DNA of 64,000 nt, taken from positions 2,496 through 66,495 of the forward strand of contig JANZZC010000133.1 in the NCBI GenBank assembly GCA_026419575.1, in the 5' to 3' direction. The notes under the pieces are model-generated. The model saw nothing but the letters and a program-made list of their open reading frames with translations, did no database searches and was not told the DNA's origin. Positions 55,777 through 64,000 of this stretch are shown here, piece by piece. Position 1 is the first letter of the stretch; every line of letters begins with the position of its first letter. A program made the translations under genes and the position numbers. Origin of the DNA: Thermomicrobium sp. Lineage in GTDB: Bacteria > Chloroflexota > Chloroflexia > Thermomicrobiales > Thermomicrobiaceae.

Positions 55777-57831
55777 TCACAGCCGGGCCGGTTGGCCGAC
55801 GAGCAAGCAGCCGCCCTCGCCGGACGCGAGCGCTTGGTCGATGTCGACCGGCCGATCCAACAGCAGACAGCGAGCACCGATGATCGCGCAGGCACAGCCC
55901 TGGCTGGGCTGCCGGGTGTTCGACGTCTCGGTGCCGCTGAGCGCTCGGCACGAGCCATCGACGGCATGGAAGCAGACCGAGCCATGGCGATCGATGACGA
56001 CGATCGGTCTGCGTTCGCGGCGGAACGGGCCGATTCCGGTACGGACCGACGCCGTGAACACCCAGTAGTACGGATTCTCGAACTGTAGGCGCACCGACGT
56101 CGCCGGCACGCCGAGCGCTCGCGCGGCGAGTTCGTGGGCGGTCTCCCGGTCGATGCTGGGGCGCAGGCCGGCGGACCGGTGGGTTTCGAGCGCGAGTGCG
56201 CGGATGCGCGATGCCTGACGCTCGGGGATCGGTTCCACGACGACCTGCACGCTCCCGCGAGTGGCACCGAAAGCGACAAGTCGCCGTTCGACGCGCTCGA
56301 CCGCGGCCAGGAGCTCCGGACCGGAGCGGACGTGGACCTCCTCGATAAGGCTGAGCGGCGTCGTCGCCGCGCCGATCGCCGCGATCACCTCAGCGGCGGG
56401 TGCGATCGCCGTGCGCAAGCCGAGTCGTTCCGCGAGGAGCGGCGCGATCACGCCAGCGCCGCCCCCGAGGCCGATCACCGGCGGCTGACGGAGTTCGTAC
56501 TCGCGGAGGAGGTCGCGCGCGAGCGGCTCCAGCGCCGCGCAGGCGGCGTCCAGAACCTCGCGCGCCAAGTCGTCGGCGGTCCGACCGAGCGCACGAGCGA
56601 CGACCTCGAAGGCCGCGCGAGCTCGCGCGCGGTCGCCGCAGGCGTAGTCCGTCGACGGGAGCAGTCCCAGCGCGTTCGCGGCGTCGGTCAGCGTCAAGGC
56701 GGCCGGACGCCCATGGGCGTCGCGGATCACGACGTAACTCTCATCGTCTCCCTCGCGCGGTGCGACCGTCTCCCACGCGGAGGGCTGCCCGAGATCAGCG
56801 GCGAAGCTGACGTAGGGTAGCCCAGCGATATGCGCGCTGCGCGGACCGACACCGACGACGCGATTCCGTTCGATCCGGATCAGCGAGCCACCGCCGATCC
56901 CGGCGACGTGCACGTCGACCGACCGCAGGCAGGTCGGGTGCCGCATGATGCGGACGTAGCGCAGGGCGGGCCGTCCGTTCCGGATGACGCCGATGTTCGT
57001 GCTCGTACCGCCGACTTCGACGAAGAGCGCGTCGACCGTCGGGTTGGTGCGGAGCGCACCGGCCACGCTCGCGGCTGGCCCCGAGAGCATGCTCGGCGCG
57101 GGGAGATCGGCGAGCTGGTCGATCGGAACGACGCTGAGATCGCCGGTCAGGACCATGGCGGGCGCGCCGATGCCGGACTGGTCGAGCGCGGCCTTGACCC
57201 AGGCGGTCGTCTCGCGCATGCGCGGGAGGATGCTGGCGTTGATCGCGGCGGTGAGCGTGCGAACCTCGAGCCCGTACAGCCCGGTCAGCTGGTGCCCGGC
57301 CGTGTCCGGAACTCCCAACCGGCGGGCGACGGCCAGCGCGCGTTCCTCCACTGCCGGGTTCTCGACCGCGTACGCTGCGGAGATCGCGATCGCTCCCGCG
57401 CCGGCAGCCGTGAGCTCCTGGAGAGCCCGTTCGAGAACAGCTTCCGACGCCTCTTCCAGATCAACGTACGCGTAGTGGAGTCGCAGGGCGCGACCGGGCG
57501 CCAGCTCGATCCGTTCCAGGCGCGTCCGTTGCTGGGTCTGTCGACGCTCGCGGCGGGGACCGAGGGCGAGGATGCCGACCGGAACGACGTCGCCTTCGAG
57601 CAGCGCATTGACGGCCTGCGTGGTGCTGAACGTGACGAGGCGCACGTCCGCGGCGGCGAACCGGGCGGTCGCCAGGAGCCGCTGCAGGGCCTCGATGGCC
57701 CCGGCGGCGACGCCCTGCTGTGCCCGATGGGTCGTCGGAACCGCCACCCGTGCGATCGGCTCGCCGGAACCGAGATCGACGGCGACCGCCTTGGTGAACG
57801 TTCCACCGACGTCGATGCCGATCCGGATCAC
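55777..57831 (-). CDS. hydantoinase/oxoprolinase-like ASKHA-fold protein
   Basis: IGIDVGGTFTKAV phosphate-1 motif and a second VEVGGTSTNIG motif. 684 aa. GTG start with GGGAGGGAG upstream, 12 nt after the FTR1 stop. Confidence 0.8.
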   Translation of the reverse strand: MIRIGIDVGGTFTKAVAVDLGSGEPIARVAVPTTHRAQQGVAAGAIEALQRLLATARFAAADVRLVTFSTTQAVNALLEGDVVPVGILALGPRRERRQTQQRTRLERIELAPGRALRLHYAYVDLEEASEAVLERALQELTAAGAGAIAISAAYAVENPAVEERALAVARRLGVPDTAGHQLTGLYGLEVRTLTAAINASILPRMRETTAWVKAALDQSGIGAPAMVLTGDLSVVPIDQLADLPAPSMLSGPAASVAGALRTNPTVDALFVEVGGTSTNIGVIRNGRPALRYVRIMRHPTCLRSVDVHVAGIGGGSLIRIERNRVVGVGPRSAHIAGLPYVSFAADLGQPSAWETVAPREGDDESYVVIRDAHGRPAALTLTDAANALGLLPSTDYACGDRARARAAFEVVARALGRTADDLAREVLDAACAALEPLARDLLREYELRQPPVIGLGGGAGVIAPLLAERLGLRTAIAPAAEVIAAIGAATTPLSLIEEVHVRSGPELLAAVERVERRLVAFGATRGSVQVVVEPIPERQASRIRALALETHRSAGLRPSIDRETAHELAARALGVPATSVRLQFENPYYWVFTASVRTGIGPFRRERRPIVVIDRHGSVCFHAVDGSCRALSGTETSNTRQPSQGCACAIIGARCLLLDRPVDIDQALASGEGGCLLVGQPARL

Positions 57832-57843
57832 GCGCTCCCTCCC

Positions 57844-59100
57844 TCAGTCGGAGACTCGAACCGCTCGGCTCACCGTAGCGCTCCGGTACCAGGCCCATCC
57901 GGCCCAAAGCCACGCAGCACTATACGCCAGAGCGAGCGCGAGTTGCGCGATCAGTACCTCGCGGGTCGGGTGGAGGCCGAGAAGCTCCGTGACCAAACGG
58001 TTCAGCGCCGGAAGTTCGACGACGGTGACCGGCAGGTAACCCAGCATCTGGAGCTCCCAGACCGCATGACCAAGAATCGCGATGGAGAGCAGCATGACGA
58101 TCGAGACCGCCGCGGAGAGGAAGGCCCGCAGCGGCAGGCGTGCGCCGAGCGCAATGACAGCCCAGCCGATCAGGACGAGCGAGACGGCGGCCAGGAGCAC
58201 GCCGAGGGCGATCCACGTCTCGAGTCGCCGGGCCATCAGCACCAGCGACTGGTAGAGGACGGCGGTCTCCGCTCCTTCGCGGTAGACGGCCGTGAAGCCG
58301 AGGAGCGCGACGGCGGATGCCTTGCCGGTCGCGATCGCCTCCCAGGCGTGGGCGCGGAGATACTCCATCCACCGGCGCGTGTCGATGCGCCGCAGGAGCC
58401 AGAGACTGATGGAAATCATGAGCGCGACGGCCAGGAGCGACATGGCGATCTCGAGGAGCTCGCGCCCGACCGGGACGACTCGGAGCACGACGACGAGCAG
58501 GAGCCAGGTCGCCAGACTCGCCGGGACAGCCAGGAGCACGCCGATCCAGAGCGGGCGCCGCAAGCTCGGTTGATGCACGCCGAGATAGCCGAGCAGCGCG
58601 GCGATGACCAGGATCGCCTCGATACCCTCCCGGAAGAGGATGGAGAACGAGGCGAGCGTCACGAAGGCCGGCGCCGCGAGTCCGGGGCCGCCGACGACGC
58701 GCTCGACCTCGACAAGTCCGCTGTCGATCTCCATGAGGATCCGATCGATCTCGTCGGCCGGGGCTCCTCGTTCGATCGCCTGTCGCCACTCGGCGAACTG
58801 GACTTCCATCGCGAACGTGAAGTTCGGGTCGGCGACGCGGAGGGGAATCTCCACCAGCTCGAAGTGATCAAGGTAGGCCTGCCGCGCCAAGCGCAGCGCC
58901 CGTTCGCGGTCTCCAGCGCGATACGCGTCCCGGCTCTGCGCCATGAGGCGACGAATCGCGGCGAGTTCGTCGCGTACGGCGACCGCGGGTGCGCCGGCGT
59001 CCGCGCGGACCGAGAGCGGCAGCGCCGCCATCGCGATGGCCAGGAGCGCGAGCAGCAGGAGACCGAGCCGACGGGGTCGACCGAGCGCGGCGGACGTCAC
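57844..59100 (-). CDS. FTR1-family high-affinity iron permease with N-terminal extracytoplasmic helical domain
   Basis: Two REXXE motifs (FREGIEAIL, YREGAETAV) in a 7-TM body. The signal peptide plus about 130-aa helical domain resembles the upstream lipoprotein C-terminus. GTGA overlap with the lipoprotein gene. Confidence 0.88.
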   Translation of the reverse strand: MTSAALGRPRRLGLLLLALLAIAMAALPLSVRADAGAPAVAVRDELAAIRRLMAQSRDAYRAGDRERALRLARQAYLDHFELVEIPLRVADPNFTFAMEVQFAEWRQAIERGAPADEIDRILMEIDSGLVEVERVVGGPGLAAPAFVTLASFSILFREGIEAILVIAALLGYLGVHQPSLRRPLWIGVLLAVPASLATWLLLVVVLRVVPVGRELLEIAMSLLAVALMISISLWLLRRIDTRRWMEYLRAHAWEAIATGKASAVALLGFTAVYREGAETAVLYQSLVLMARRLETWIALGVLLAAVSLVLIGWAVIALGARLPLRAFLSAAVSIVMLLSIAILGHAVWELQMLGYLPVTVVELPALNRLVTELLGLHPTREVLIAQLALALAYSAAWLWAGWAWYRSATVSRAVRVSD

Positions 59101-60239
59101 TGCAGGACCTCCTCCACTTCCTCGAGCCCGCTCTTCACTTCGTCGATCAGCTGGGCGACCTCGTCAGCTGGCTTGCCTTCGCGGATCGCGTCGCGGACGG
59201 CCTTGAAGTCGAGCTCGAGGCGTTCGACGAGATCGCGGTGGCCGGCGTCGAGCAACGGTGCTTCCAGCTGCTCGAAGCCCTCGAGATACGCGTTCGCGGC
59301 CTGCTCGTAGGCGGCGTCGGCCTGGCCGCCCCGGTACAGCTCGAGCGAGCGGTCGAGCATGGCGTGGATCTCGGCAATCCGGTCGCTCACCGAGCTCGCT
59401 TCCGGTGCGCGGATCCCGAACGCGCTGCGGAGTTCTGCCGCCAGGTGCCGCAGTCGCTCCTGGATCGGTTGCAGGTCGCCGAACTGCGCGCCTGGCTGGT
59501 CGTGGAACTGAGCGAGCGGACCGGCTGCGAGCGTCTCCAGGTCTTCGGCCGCCTCCGCGGCGGCTGCCTTCCCGGACTCCGGAGCCTGGGAGACGATTTC
59601 CGGAAGCTCACGCTGGAGCACCTGGAAGAATCCCCAGGCGTCCTGGAACTCCTCGATGTTGACGATCGTGCCGCCCTCGACGCCCTCGGCGAGTTCCGTC
59701 GCCACCGCTTCGGCCAGCGAGGCGAGCGCGGCCGCGCGCAGTGCCGTGCCGTCGGGGCTGGCGGTCGCGAGTCGGGCGATCGCGTCATGCAGCGCCTGGC
59801 GAGCGGTATCGTTCGCCGCCAGCGCGTCCGTCGCCTGGTCGCGCGCAGCCCGGAGATTGGCGTCGAGCGGATCCCGGATCGCGGTCAAGCCGTGCCGAGC
59901 GAGCGCCGATTCGACCGCTGCCCAATACTCGGCGGTCGGATGGGCGGCGTGTGCTTGGGCCAGCGTCCAGTTACCACGCTCCAGGTTGGCTCGGCTCGCT
60001 TCGAGGTGCCCGAGCATCTCGTAGAGGGTCGCGACGAGTCCAGCGTCGTCCGCAATGGCCGTGGTCTCGTGGCCTTCGTGGCTCGAACCGGTCACGGTTG
60101 CTGCCGCGGCCGGTGTCGGTGTCGCTGGCTTGGACGAGGGCGTCGGCGTCTCGACGGATCGGTTACAGGCTGCGAGCAGGAAAACGAACGACAACAGGAA
60201 CGCGAGGACACGCTGAATCGGGAACCAGCGATGAGTCAC
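59097..60239 (-). CDS. all-helical lipoprotein of the FTR1 operon (possible iron-binding component)
   Basis: Lipobox FLLAAC, Pro/Thr linker, SSHEGHE segment, long Ala/Glu/Leu-rich helices. Its C-terminal 70 aa align with the FTR1 N-terminal domain. Confidence 0.75.
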   Translation of the reverse strand: MTHRWFPIQRVLAFLLSFVFLLAACNRSVETPTPSSKPATPTPAAAATVTGSSHEGHETTAIADDAGLVATLYEMLGHLEASRANLERGNWTLAQAHAAHPTAEYWAAVESALARHGLTAIRDPLDANLRAARDQATDALAANDTARQALHDAIARLATASPDGTALRAAALASLAEAVATELAEGVEGGTIVNIEEFQDAWGFFQVLQRELPEIVSQAPESGKAAAAEAAEDLETLAAGPLAQFHDQPGAQFGDLQPIQERLRHLAAELRSAFGIRAPEASSVSDRIAEIHAMLDRSLELYRGGQADAAYEQAANAYLEGFEQLEAPLLDAGHRDLVERLELDFKAVRDAIREGKPADEVAQLIDEVKSGLEEVEEVLQ

Positions 60240-60685
60240 GCGCTTTCCCCCTTCTGTGCACCCGCTCGATCGACGTTCCGTGCCTTCCCGATCCAGTCGC
60301 CGGCGACCAAACCCGAGTAAAACACTCGGGATTCATTCTACGGGTGGCCGCGCGGGGTGTCAAGCGATCGGCGCGCTCGCGAGGCAGTGCGACGACCGGT
60401 GTCGGCCTCGCGGCGAGCGACCGGAGAGCGGCACCGTGCACGACGCCTGCGGGGAGCCTGGCGGGGGAAGCGTCCACGCTGGTCCGGAGTGGCTGTTTCG
60501 GACCGGCCGGTCGCGCGACGATGATCGGCTGCTGGACGAGGTCGCTCGGACGGACCCAAGGGCGGCCGCCGCGGCCGGTGAGCAGGCGTCGACGCTTCCG
60601 GCTCGATCCCGGAACACGCGCGAACCGGAGTTCGGGTCATGCTCCGGTTCGCGGGCGCGGTGCGTGCAGGACTTTGTCGGTTCGG

Positions 60686-61351
60686 TCACACCGGCCATGC
60701 CTCTCGTCGCCAGGCGCTGTCCCAGAAGAGCCACTCGTAGCGCGAAGTCGTGACGAAGTGCTGCCGGACGAGCGCGCGGCGCGATTCGGGCAGGTCGGCG
60801 GTCGCCTCCTCGGTGACGTCGATCACGGCGCGCACGACCTGCGCATATTCCTCCGATGCGTAGGTGTCGATCCAACGTCGGTAGAGCGGGTTCGGCGAGC
60901 CGGTTCGCTCGAGGTGCTTCCCGACCTCCCAGTAGATCCAGTAGCACGGCAGCACGGCGCCCAGGACTTCCTCGAAGGGACGCTCGTACGCGACGCGCAG
61001 AAGATAGGAGGTGTAGGCCAGGTTGGCGGGCGCGTACGGCGTCGCCGCAACGTCTTCCGGAGCGAGGCCCCATTCGCGGAAGAAGCTGTCGTGGAGCGCT
61101 CGTTCGACGACCAGCGCGACCTTGGCATGCTCGGCGAAGAGTTCGCACCAGGCTGCCCTGGGTGCCTTGGCGGCGGCGAGAGCGAGGGTGCGGGCGTAGT
61201 CCTGGAGGTAGAGCGCGTCCTGGACGACGTAGAAGCGGAACGTCTCCTCCGGGAGCGTCCCGTCGGTCAGTCCTTGCACGAAGGGGTGAGCGAGGATCGC
61301 CGAGAAGATCGGTTCGATCGAGCGCCAGAGTTCGTCGGTGAAGCGCTGCAT
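60686..61351 (-). CDS. tenA: thiaminase II / aminopyrimidine aminohydrolase (TenA_C type)
   Basis: HPF...L..G.L....F..Y..QD..YL, active-site Cys context VLPCYWIYWEVG, and the C-terminal YEWLFWD. Confidence 0.9.
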   Translation of the reverse strand: MQRFTDELWRSIEPIFSAILAHPFVQGLTDGTLPEETFRFYVVQDALYLQDYARTLALAAAKAPRAAWCELFAEHAKVALVVERALHDSFFREWGLAPEDVAATPYAPANLAYTSYLLRVAYERPFEEVLGAVLPCYWIYWEVGKHLERTGSPNPLYRRWIDTYASEEYAQVVRAVIDVTEEATADLPESRRALVRQHFVTTSRYEWLFWDSAWRREAWPV

Positions 61352-61369
61352 CTTCGGTCTCCTCTCGGT

Positions 61370-62014
61370 TCAGACCGGCCAGCGGGCTCGCGTGTAGACC
61401 ATGTCCCAGAAGAGGTACTCGTACCGTGCCGTGGCCAGAAAGGCCGCTCGCACCGCATCGTAGTCGAGCGCGGTGGTCGTGCGCAGCAGTTGTCGCCCCA
61501 CCCAATCGACCCAGGCGGCGAACTGCGGGCTCGTCCAGTTCTCGATCCAGCGCGCGTAGGGCTCGGCGAGACCGAGCGACCGGCGGACGGTCACCCAGGC
61601 GTCGTAGTAGGCTTTCTCGGCTCCCCAGAGGACGGCGAGCGCTTCGGCAAGCGAACCGGTCGCGGCCGTCGCGAGGAGATAGGAGGCATAGCCCAGACAG
61701 ACCGGTGTGGGATCGACGGCCAGGGAGAGCCCATTGGTTCGCGCGTAGTCCTCGAAGATCGTGAGCTCGTGGCGGAAAGCGACGGCCGCATCGAGCAGTC
61801 CGCGCCGGAGCTCCTCGTCCGGTGCACGTGCGATGAGCAGGGCGAGAAAGCGGATGCCGGCCTGTACGAACAGGTAGTCCTGTTGGACCCAGAAGTCGAA
61901 CCGCTCGCGCGGGAGCTGCCCGGTCGCCAGGTCGCGCAGGAAGGGGTGTTCGGTCATCCTTTGCCAGAGCGGGCGCGCCTCGTGCAGCAGGTCGTCGAGC
62001 AGTGTCGTGGACAC
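61370..62014 (-). CDS. TenA-family paralog lacking the active-site Cys
   Basis: Same fold blocks ([35 protein letters not shown]). The Cys position reads VLWGAEKAY. GTG start with GGGAGG upstream. It is the first gene after the TPP riboswitch. Confidence 0.85.
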   Translation of the reverse strand: MSTTLLDDLLHEARPLWQRMTEHPFLRDLATGQLPRERFDFWVQQDYLFVQAGIRFLALLIARAPDEELRRGLLDAAVAFRHELTIFEDYARTNGLSLAVDPTPVCLGYASYLLATAATGSLAEALAVLWGAEKAYYDAWVTVRRSLGLAEPYARWIENWTSPQFAAWVDWVGRQLLRTTTALDYDAVRAAFLATARYEYLFWDMVYTRARWPV

Positions 62015-62094
62015 GGCTGGACCTCCCGTTCTCGATTCGAACGACGCGATAGCGGTGGTTCTGCAGGGGTCCGGAAGCGGGGTCAGGCGGCTGC

Positions 62095-62195
62095 GGCCCT
62101 CCCTTCGCTGGCATTACCCAGATCAGGTCCGACCGGTCGGCGGCGGTTTCCTCAGCCGCCCTCTCAGCCCGGTTCACCCGAGCTCCCGGGGCACG
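62095..62195 (-). promoter_or_regulatory. TPP riboswitch (THI element)
   Basis: The minus strand reads GGGAGCUCGGGUGAACCGGGCUGAGAG...GACCUGAUCUGGGUAAUGCCAGCGAAGGGA. This contains the CUGAGA and ACCUGAUCUGG.UAAU.CCAGCG.AGGGA cores. Confidence 0.9.
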
Positions 62196-62433
62196 CTTCG
62201 TCCCCGACACTACTCGGCTCCGGACAGGTTGTCAAGGCATCAGTTGCAATGCAGCCAACCATCGGTATTCCCGCGTCGACCGGTGTCGCTCGACCGAGCG
62301 GACGGCTCCGCGTCGAGCGGGAAGCGACGTCGGCCGCGAGTCGTCGGAAAGGGCTCGCTATACTAGCAACGGTAGCGCTCCCCGGATGCCACAGGCTCGC
62401 CGGGTCCGGGTGCCGACGATCGAGGAGGGACCG

Positions 62434-63204
62434 ATGAAGGGGGTCGTTCTCGCGGGTGGGTTGGGAACGCGGCTCTACCCGTTGACGTTCGCGACGAACA
62501 AGCACCTCCTGCCGGTCTACGATCAGCCGATGATCTATTACCCGATTCAGACGCTCGTCCGGGCCGGGATCGACGAGATCATGGTCGTGACCGGTGGCCC
62601 GCACGCGGGGGATTTCCTCCGGGTACTGCGGAACGGCCGGCATCTCGGTGTGCGCCACCTCGAGTACGCCTACCAGGAAGAGGAGCGCGGCATCGCCGAT
62701 GCCCTGAGCCTCTGCGAGGAGTTCGCCGACGGCGAGCACATCTGCGTCATCCTCGGCGACAACACGACCGATGCCGACATCCGTTCGGCGGTGGAGAGCT
62801 TCACCGGCGGTGCGCTGATCTTCCTCGCGCGGGTTCCGGATCCGCAGCGGTTCGGCTGCCCGGTCTTCGATCCGGAGGATCCGACGCGCATCGTCCGGAT
62901 CGAGGAAAAGCCGAAGGAGCCGAAGAGCCCGTACGCGGTCACGGGACTCTACCTCTACGACAGCCGGGTCTTCGACTTCATCCGGGAGCTCGAACCGTCG
63001 CCGCGCGGCGAACTGGAGATCACCGACGTCAACAACCGGTACCTGGAACTCGGGCTCTTGCGGTGGGTCGAGCTCCAGGGGTTCTGGAGCGACGCGGGCA
63101 CCTTCGAGAGCCTGCATCGTGCCAACCGGTACTGGGCCGAGCGGCGCGGCTACCGCGATCCGGAACCGAGCTTCCCGCACTCGGCGTCGACGATCGGGCG
63201 ATGA
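62434..63204 (+). CDS. RmlA-like sugar-1-phosphate nucleotidyltransferase
   Basis: MKGVVLAGGLGTRLYPLT....KHLLPVYDQPMIYYPI is close to the glucose-1-phosphate thymidylyltransferase N-terminus. GAGGAGGGA RBS. Confidence 0.88.
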   Translation: MKGVVLAGGLGTRLYPLTFATNKHLLPVYDQPMIYYPIQTLVRAGIDEIMVVTGGPHAGDFLRVLRNGRHLGVRHLEYAYQEEERGIADALSLCEEFADGEHICVILGDNTTDADIRSAVESFTGGALIFLARVPDPQRFGCPVFDPEDPTRIVRIEEKPKEPKSPYAVTGLYLYDSRVFDFIRELEPSPRGELEITDVNNRYLELGLLRWVELQGFWSDAGTFESLHRANRYWAERRGYRDPEPSFPHSASTIGR

Positions 63205-63226
63205 GACCATTCGACACGGAGGCAGG

Positions 63227-64000
63227 ATGTTCAAGCGAGAGAGCGAGCGAGCAGCGGCACTCATTCAGCGCGCGTTGATCGCGCTCGGGTACGGTGAGCG
63301 TGTTTTCGAGATGCGGCCGATTCCTTTCCCGGGCGTGTGGGGAACTTCGACGACCGTCTGCTACCAGATCGCGAACGAGCAGCTGTCGGAGGAACTCGAG
63401 CGCGTCACGGCGGGGCTCTCCAAGAAGGAAGCCAAGCGTCTGGTACAGGAGCGGGTACGCGAGCGCGCGCAAGCGATCGCGGCGGAGCTCGCTGGATGGC
63501 TCGAGGAGCACGGCGACTTCGCGCGCGTCGAGGCGGTCAACGGGTATCTCAACATCGTGTACGACACCGGTCGGTTCGCCAACGAGGTCCTGCGCACGGC
63601 GCTGGCGAGCGGGCCGGCCTTCGGTCGCGGGGAGCCGCGCGGCGAGCGCGTCATGGTCGAGTATTCCCAACCGAATACCCACAAGGCCTTCCACATCGGT
63701 CACTTGCGCAACGTGTGCCTGGGCAACGCACTGAGCCGCATTCTCCGCTTCGCCGGGTTCGACGTGCTCGAAGCCAACTACATCGGCGATATCGGACTCC
63801 ATGTCATCAAGTGTCTCTGGTGCTACTTGCGGTTCCATCAGGGCGAGGAACCCCCGCGCGAGCAACGTGGCCGCTGGCTCGGCGAGATCTACGCCGAAGC
63901 GGACCGCCGGTTGAGCTACCGCAACGACGTCGTGGAGCTCCTGAACGAGATCGTGCGCAGTGATCAGATCTTCGTTCAGGCGATCGATCGGATGCTCAAG
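63227..64000 (+). CDS. argS: arginine--tRNA ligase, 3' partial (runs off window)
   Basis: Not in the ORF track because there is no stop. My translation from ATG 63227 gives MFKRESERAAALIQRAL...VMVEYSQPNTHKAFHIGHLRNVCLGNALSRIL..AGFDV...NYIGDIG, a class I HIGH region typical of ArgS. GGAGGCAGG RBS. Confidence 0.85.
   Translation, partial: MFKRESERAAALIQRALIALGYGERVFEMRPIPFPGVWGTSTTVCYQIANEQLSEELERVTAGLSKKEAKRLVQERVRERAQAIAAELAGWLEEHGDFARVEAVNGYLNIVYDTGRFANEVLRTALASGPAFGRGEPRGERVMVEYSQPNTHKAFHIGHLRNVCLGNALSRILRFAGFDVLEANYIGDIGLHVIKCLWCYLRFHQGEEPPREQRGRWLGEIYAEADRRLSYRNDVVELLNEIVRSDQIFVQAIDRMLK

Noticed and set aside
62020-62045. A GTTCGAATC T-loop-like motif on the minus strand, considered as a possible tRNA (including tRNA-Sec).
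   Set aside because: The flanks give only a 3-bp T stem, and no acceptor, D or anticodon arms can be drawn. It lies in the TPP riboswitch expression platform, directly upstream of the tenA-paralog RBS.
1-64000. A search for CRISPR arrays, insertion sequences, integrases, toxin-antitoxin or defence islands, rRNA and tRNA genes.
   Set aside because: No regularly spaced repeats, inverted terminal repeats or transposase/integrase-like ORFs were seen by eye. The only exact repeats noticed are the two 25-nt FMN-riboswitch segments. The paralog pairs (agmatinase, TenA, PIG-L) are diverged genes, not mobile DNA.

Overview
This is a high-GC bacterial chromosomal segment (about two-thirds G+C by eye, not computed), densely coding on both strands, with many 4-nt start/stop overlaps. 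It is mostly housekeeping and central metabolism. The protein signatures faintly suggest Thermomicrobia/Chloroflexota, but that is a weak guess. I recognised no rRNA, tRNA, CRISPR array, transposase or integrase.

Blocks in order:
- LysM/C39-like peptidase (5' partial)
- pntAA-pntAB-pntB transhydrogenase
- AhpD-like protein, S41 protease, DUF309, PIG-L deacetylase, flippase-like protein, uppP
- DHA2 MFS transporter, csaA, Nudix hydrolase
- glyoxylate shunt aceA-aceB with a divergent LysR regulator
- DUF72
- a two-domain thioredoxin-fold gene interrupted by an in-frame TGA, coupled to a COG1233 flavoprotein
- FMN riboswitch-ribD-ribE-ribBA-ribH
- S11 carboxypeptidase with an unknown C-terminal domain
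- an MFS gene split by TAA, a second PIG-L, selB, acetamidase, YyaL-like thioredoxin-domain protein
- a structured leader or sRNA ending in a canonical terminator, then DUF1684-pepA-yjbQ-XRE-rhodanese
- methyltransferase, HD hydrolase, potABCD, folC, NnrS-like protein, mrp
- zinc-ribbon-fabF, two agmatinase-family paralogs and one DUF1989, converging on HTH-unknown-ureABC with no urease accessory genes
- rpsU
- a lipoprotein-FTR1-ASKHA-anchor operon
- TPP riboswitch plus two tenA paralogs
- RmlA-like nucleotidyltransferase
- argS (3' partial)

The strongest observation is a probable selenoprotein. TGA 18256-18258 replaces the first Cys of a CPYC motif. A hairpin resembling the E. coli fdhF SECIS lies directly downstream, and selB is in the same window.

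I found no clear novel multi-gene defence or mobile system. All start codons were chosen by eye.
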